Assembly: GCA_031414775.1 (NCBI GenBank) | Contig: JANOQI010000059.1 | Span: forward strand, 1 to 64,000 | DNA from: Synechococcales cyanobacterium VAR_4_metabat_354 | Lineage (GTDB): Bacteria; Cyanobacteriota; Cyanobacteriia; Cyanobacteriales; Chamaesiphonaceae | Direction: 5' to 3' | DNA length: 64,000 nucleotides | In this document: positions 62,537 through 64,000 of the stretch, piece after piece | Layout of the letters: every line of letters begins with the position of its first letter | Position numbering within the stretch: the stretch's first letter is position 1 | The notes under the pieces: generated by a model | What the model was told of the DNA's origin: nothing | What the model saw: the letters and a program-made list of their open reading frames with translations, nothing else | Database searches by the model: none | Translations under genes and position numbers: made by a program

Positions 62537-63781
62537 TTATGGCCGAATCATCCGCCACAAGTCACCTAACAAATAAAGTGAGCCAGACATCACCACCAGA
62601 TTAGGGCGGAAATAGGCTGCACTTAATCCAGTCGGCCAATCTACATGGGCATGCGACTCAATTTCGGGATGGATCGATCGAGCAACTTCCACCAGCTCAG
62701 CCGGATCGGCAGTGAGTTCGTCTGGCACCGGCACAAAATGCACCGCATCCCCGGTTCGCAGCAACGCTTGCAAAATGGGTAAATGTTCTTTGGTAGTCAG
62801 CATCCCCATCACCCAGGTCACTGGCTTGTGCAGGGTATCAACATAACAGCGGAGGGCGATTGCCGACTCAATATTATGGGCACCATCAATCAGCAAAGGC
62901 TGGCCTTGCCAAACCGTCCATTGCAGCCTTCCTGGCCATTGGGTCTGTGCCATCCCCTGCTGAGTCGCGGCCAGATCAATTTGCCAGCCTTGTTTTTGCA
63001 GAACTTGAATAGTAGCGATCGCCAGTGCGGAGTTATGGAGCTGAATATCTCCCAACAGCGGTAAAGGATATTCAATACCATAGGCTATAGCTCTGCGCTG
63101 CGGTTCAGGCTGGAGTTCAATAGCAGGTTCAATTTGGGTGAGCGCACACTGCAAGTCAGCAGCTTTTTGCCGGATCACAGTCACAGCCGCTGGTGGCAGT
63201 TGGCCAATAACTACCGGGCAACCCCACTTAATAATCCCGGCTTTCTCGGCGGCAATTTCTGGGATGGTTTCGCCGAGCTGCTGGCAATGCTCGCGACTAA
63301 TGCTGGTAATTACACTCACCAGCGGCTGATCTATAACGTTAGTAGCATCCAGTCGTCCGCCCAACCCCACTTCAATTACCGCAATATCGACCCGCTCCTG
63401 GGCAAAGTACAACCAAGCGGCAGTAGTAATCAGCTCAAACTTAGTCAGAGCATGGTCTGTGACCGTATTTTGAATCTGATGAACAATGGCCGTTAATCGA
63501 TCGGTCTCGATCGGCTGACCATCAATACAAATCCGCTCGTTCCAATCCACTAAATGAGGCGAAGTATAGCGCCCCACCTTGTGACCCGCTGCTGTTAGGA
63601 TACTGGCCAAGTAAGCACAAGTGGAACCTTTACCATTCGTACCCGCCACATGCACCATCGGCAAGGCACAGTGGGGATTACCCAACACGGCTAGCACTTC
63701 TTTAATATTCTCTAGTCCCAGCTTGACACCCGATCGATGCCAAGGCAGCAAAATGGCATCCAAATCTACCAAATTTTCCAT
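62537..63781 (-). CDS. folC: Folylpolyglutamate synthase / dihydrofolate synthase
   Basis: HVAGTNGKGS, YTSPHL, EVGLGGRLDATN, WPGR, DGAHN. Confidence 0.96.
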   Translation of the reverse strand: MENLVDLDAILLPWHRSGVKLGLENIKEVLAVLGNPHCALPMVHVAGTNGKGSTCAYLASILTAAGHKVGRYTSPHLVDWNERICIDGQPIETDRLTAIVHQIQNTVTDHALTKFELITTAAWLYFAQERVDIAVIEVGLGGRLDATNVIDQPLVSVITSISREHCQQLGETIPEIAAEKAGIIKWGCPVVIGQLPPAAVTVIRQKAADLQCALTQIEPAIELQPEPQRRAIAYGIEYPLPLLGDIQLHNSALAIATIQVLQKQGWQIDLAATQQGMAQTQWPGRLQWTVWQGQPLLIDGAHNIESAIALRCYVDTLHKPVTWVMGMLTTKEHLPILQALLRTGDAVHFVPVPDELTADPAELVEVARSIHPEIESHAHVDWPTGLSAAYFRPNLVVMSGSLYLLGDLWRMIRP

Positions 63782-63784
63782 TGC

Positions 63785-64000
63785 TTAATCCATGGTCAGC
63801 TCACCACAGACATCTAGTCTAGTGAACTGCCCCACATTAATAAACTTAACCGCTAGTGTTTCAAAAACAGCCGGACTAATCCAGCCCATCTGTTGCAATA
63901 GATAGAGAGCAGTGGCATATTTACTACGGGCGCTGCCGTCATTAGCCTTAATCGCCAAACCCATGCCTTCGCCCACTTTGCCCACACACTGAATACCTTC
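63785..64000 (-). CDS. L-asparaginase II family protein, C-terminal part (truncated by window)
   Basis: EGIQC.G..GEGMGLAIK..DG..R.K. Confidence 0.7.
   Translation of the reverse strand, partial: EGIQCVGKVGEGMGLAIKANDGSARSKYATALYLLQQMGWISPAVFETLAVKFINVGQFTRLDVCGELTMD

Overview
This is cyanobacterial chromosomal DNA, judged from petJ/psbV, crtR, a PucC-type MFS and dense CGATCG/HIP1-type palindromes. It is mostly housekeeping genes (recQ, eno, folA, lipA, gpsA, thrB, metG, ftsQ-ftsZ, panD, ppa, folC), plus a type II restriction-modification pair, a minor type IV pilin cluster, a chromosomal CyRepA1-like replication protein and two tRNAs (Lys-CTT, Asn-GTT). The standout is a 16,080-bp element integrated at the 3' end of tRNA-Lys(CTT), bounded by an exact 49-bp direct repeat (28865-28913 / 44945-44993). 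It encodes a tyrosine integrase, a DUF3854/D5-type primase-helicase, an XRE regulator, a holin plus M15 endolysin, and about a dozen ORFs I cannot assign. I recognise no terminase, portal, HK97 capsid, tail or packaging ATPase in it. Three of its proteins appear to share a tandemly duplicated helix/beta motif (candidate unconventional capsid paralogs), so it may be a tailless cyanobacterial provirus. A ~550-nt intergenic region upstream of a GntR regulator folds into many G·U-containing stems on the + strand (candidate ncRNA). All product calls come from motif recognition by eye; no searches were run.
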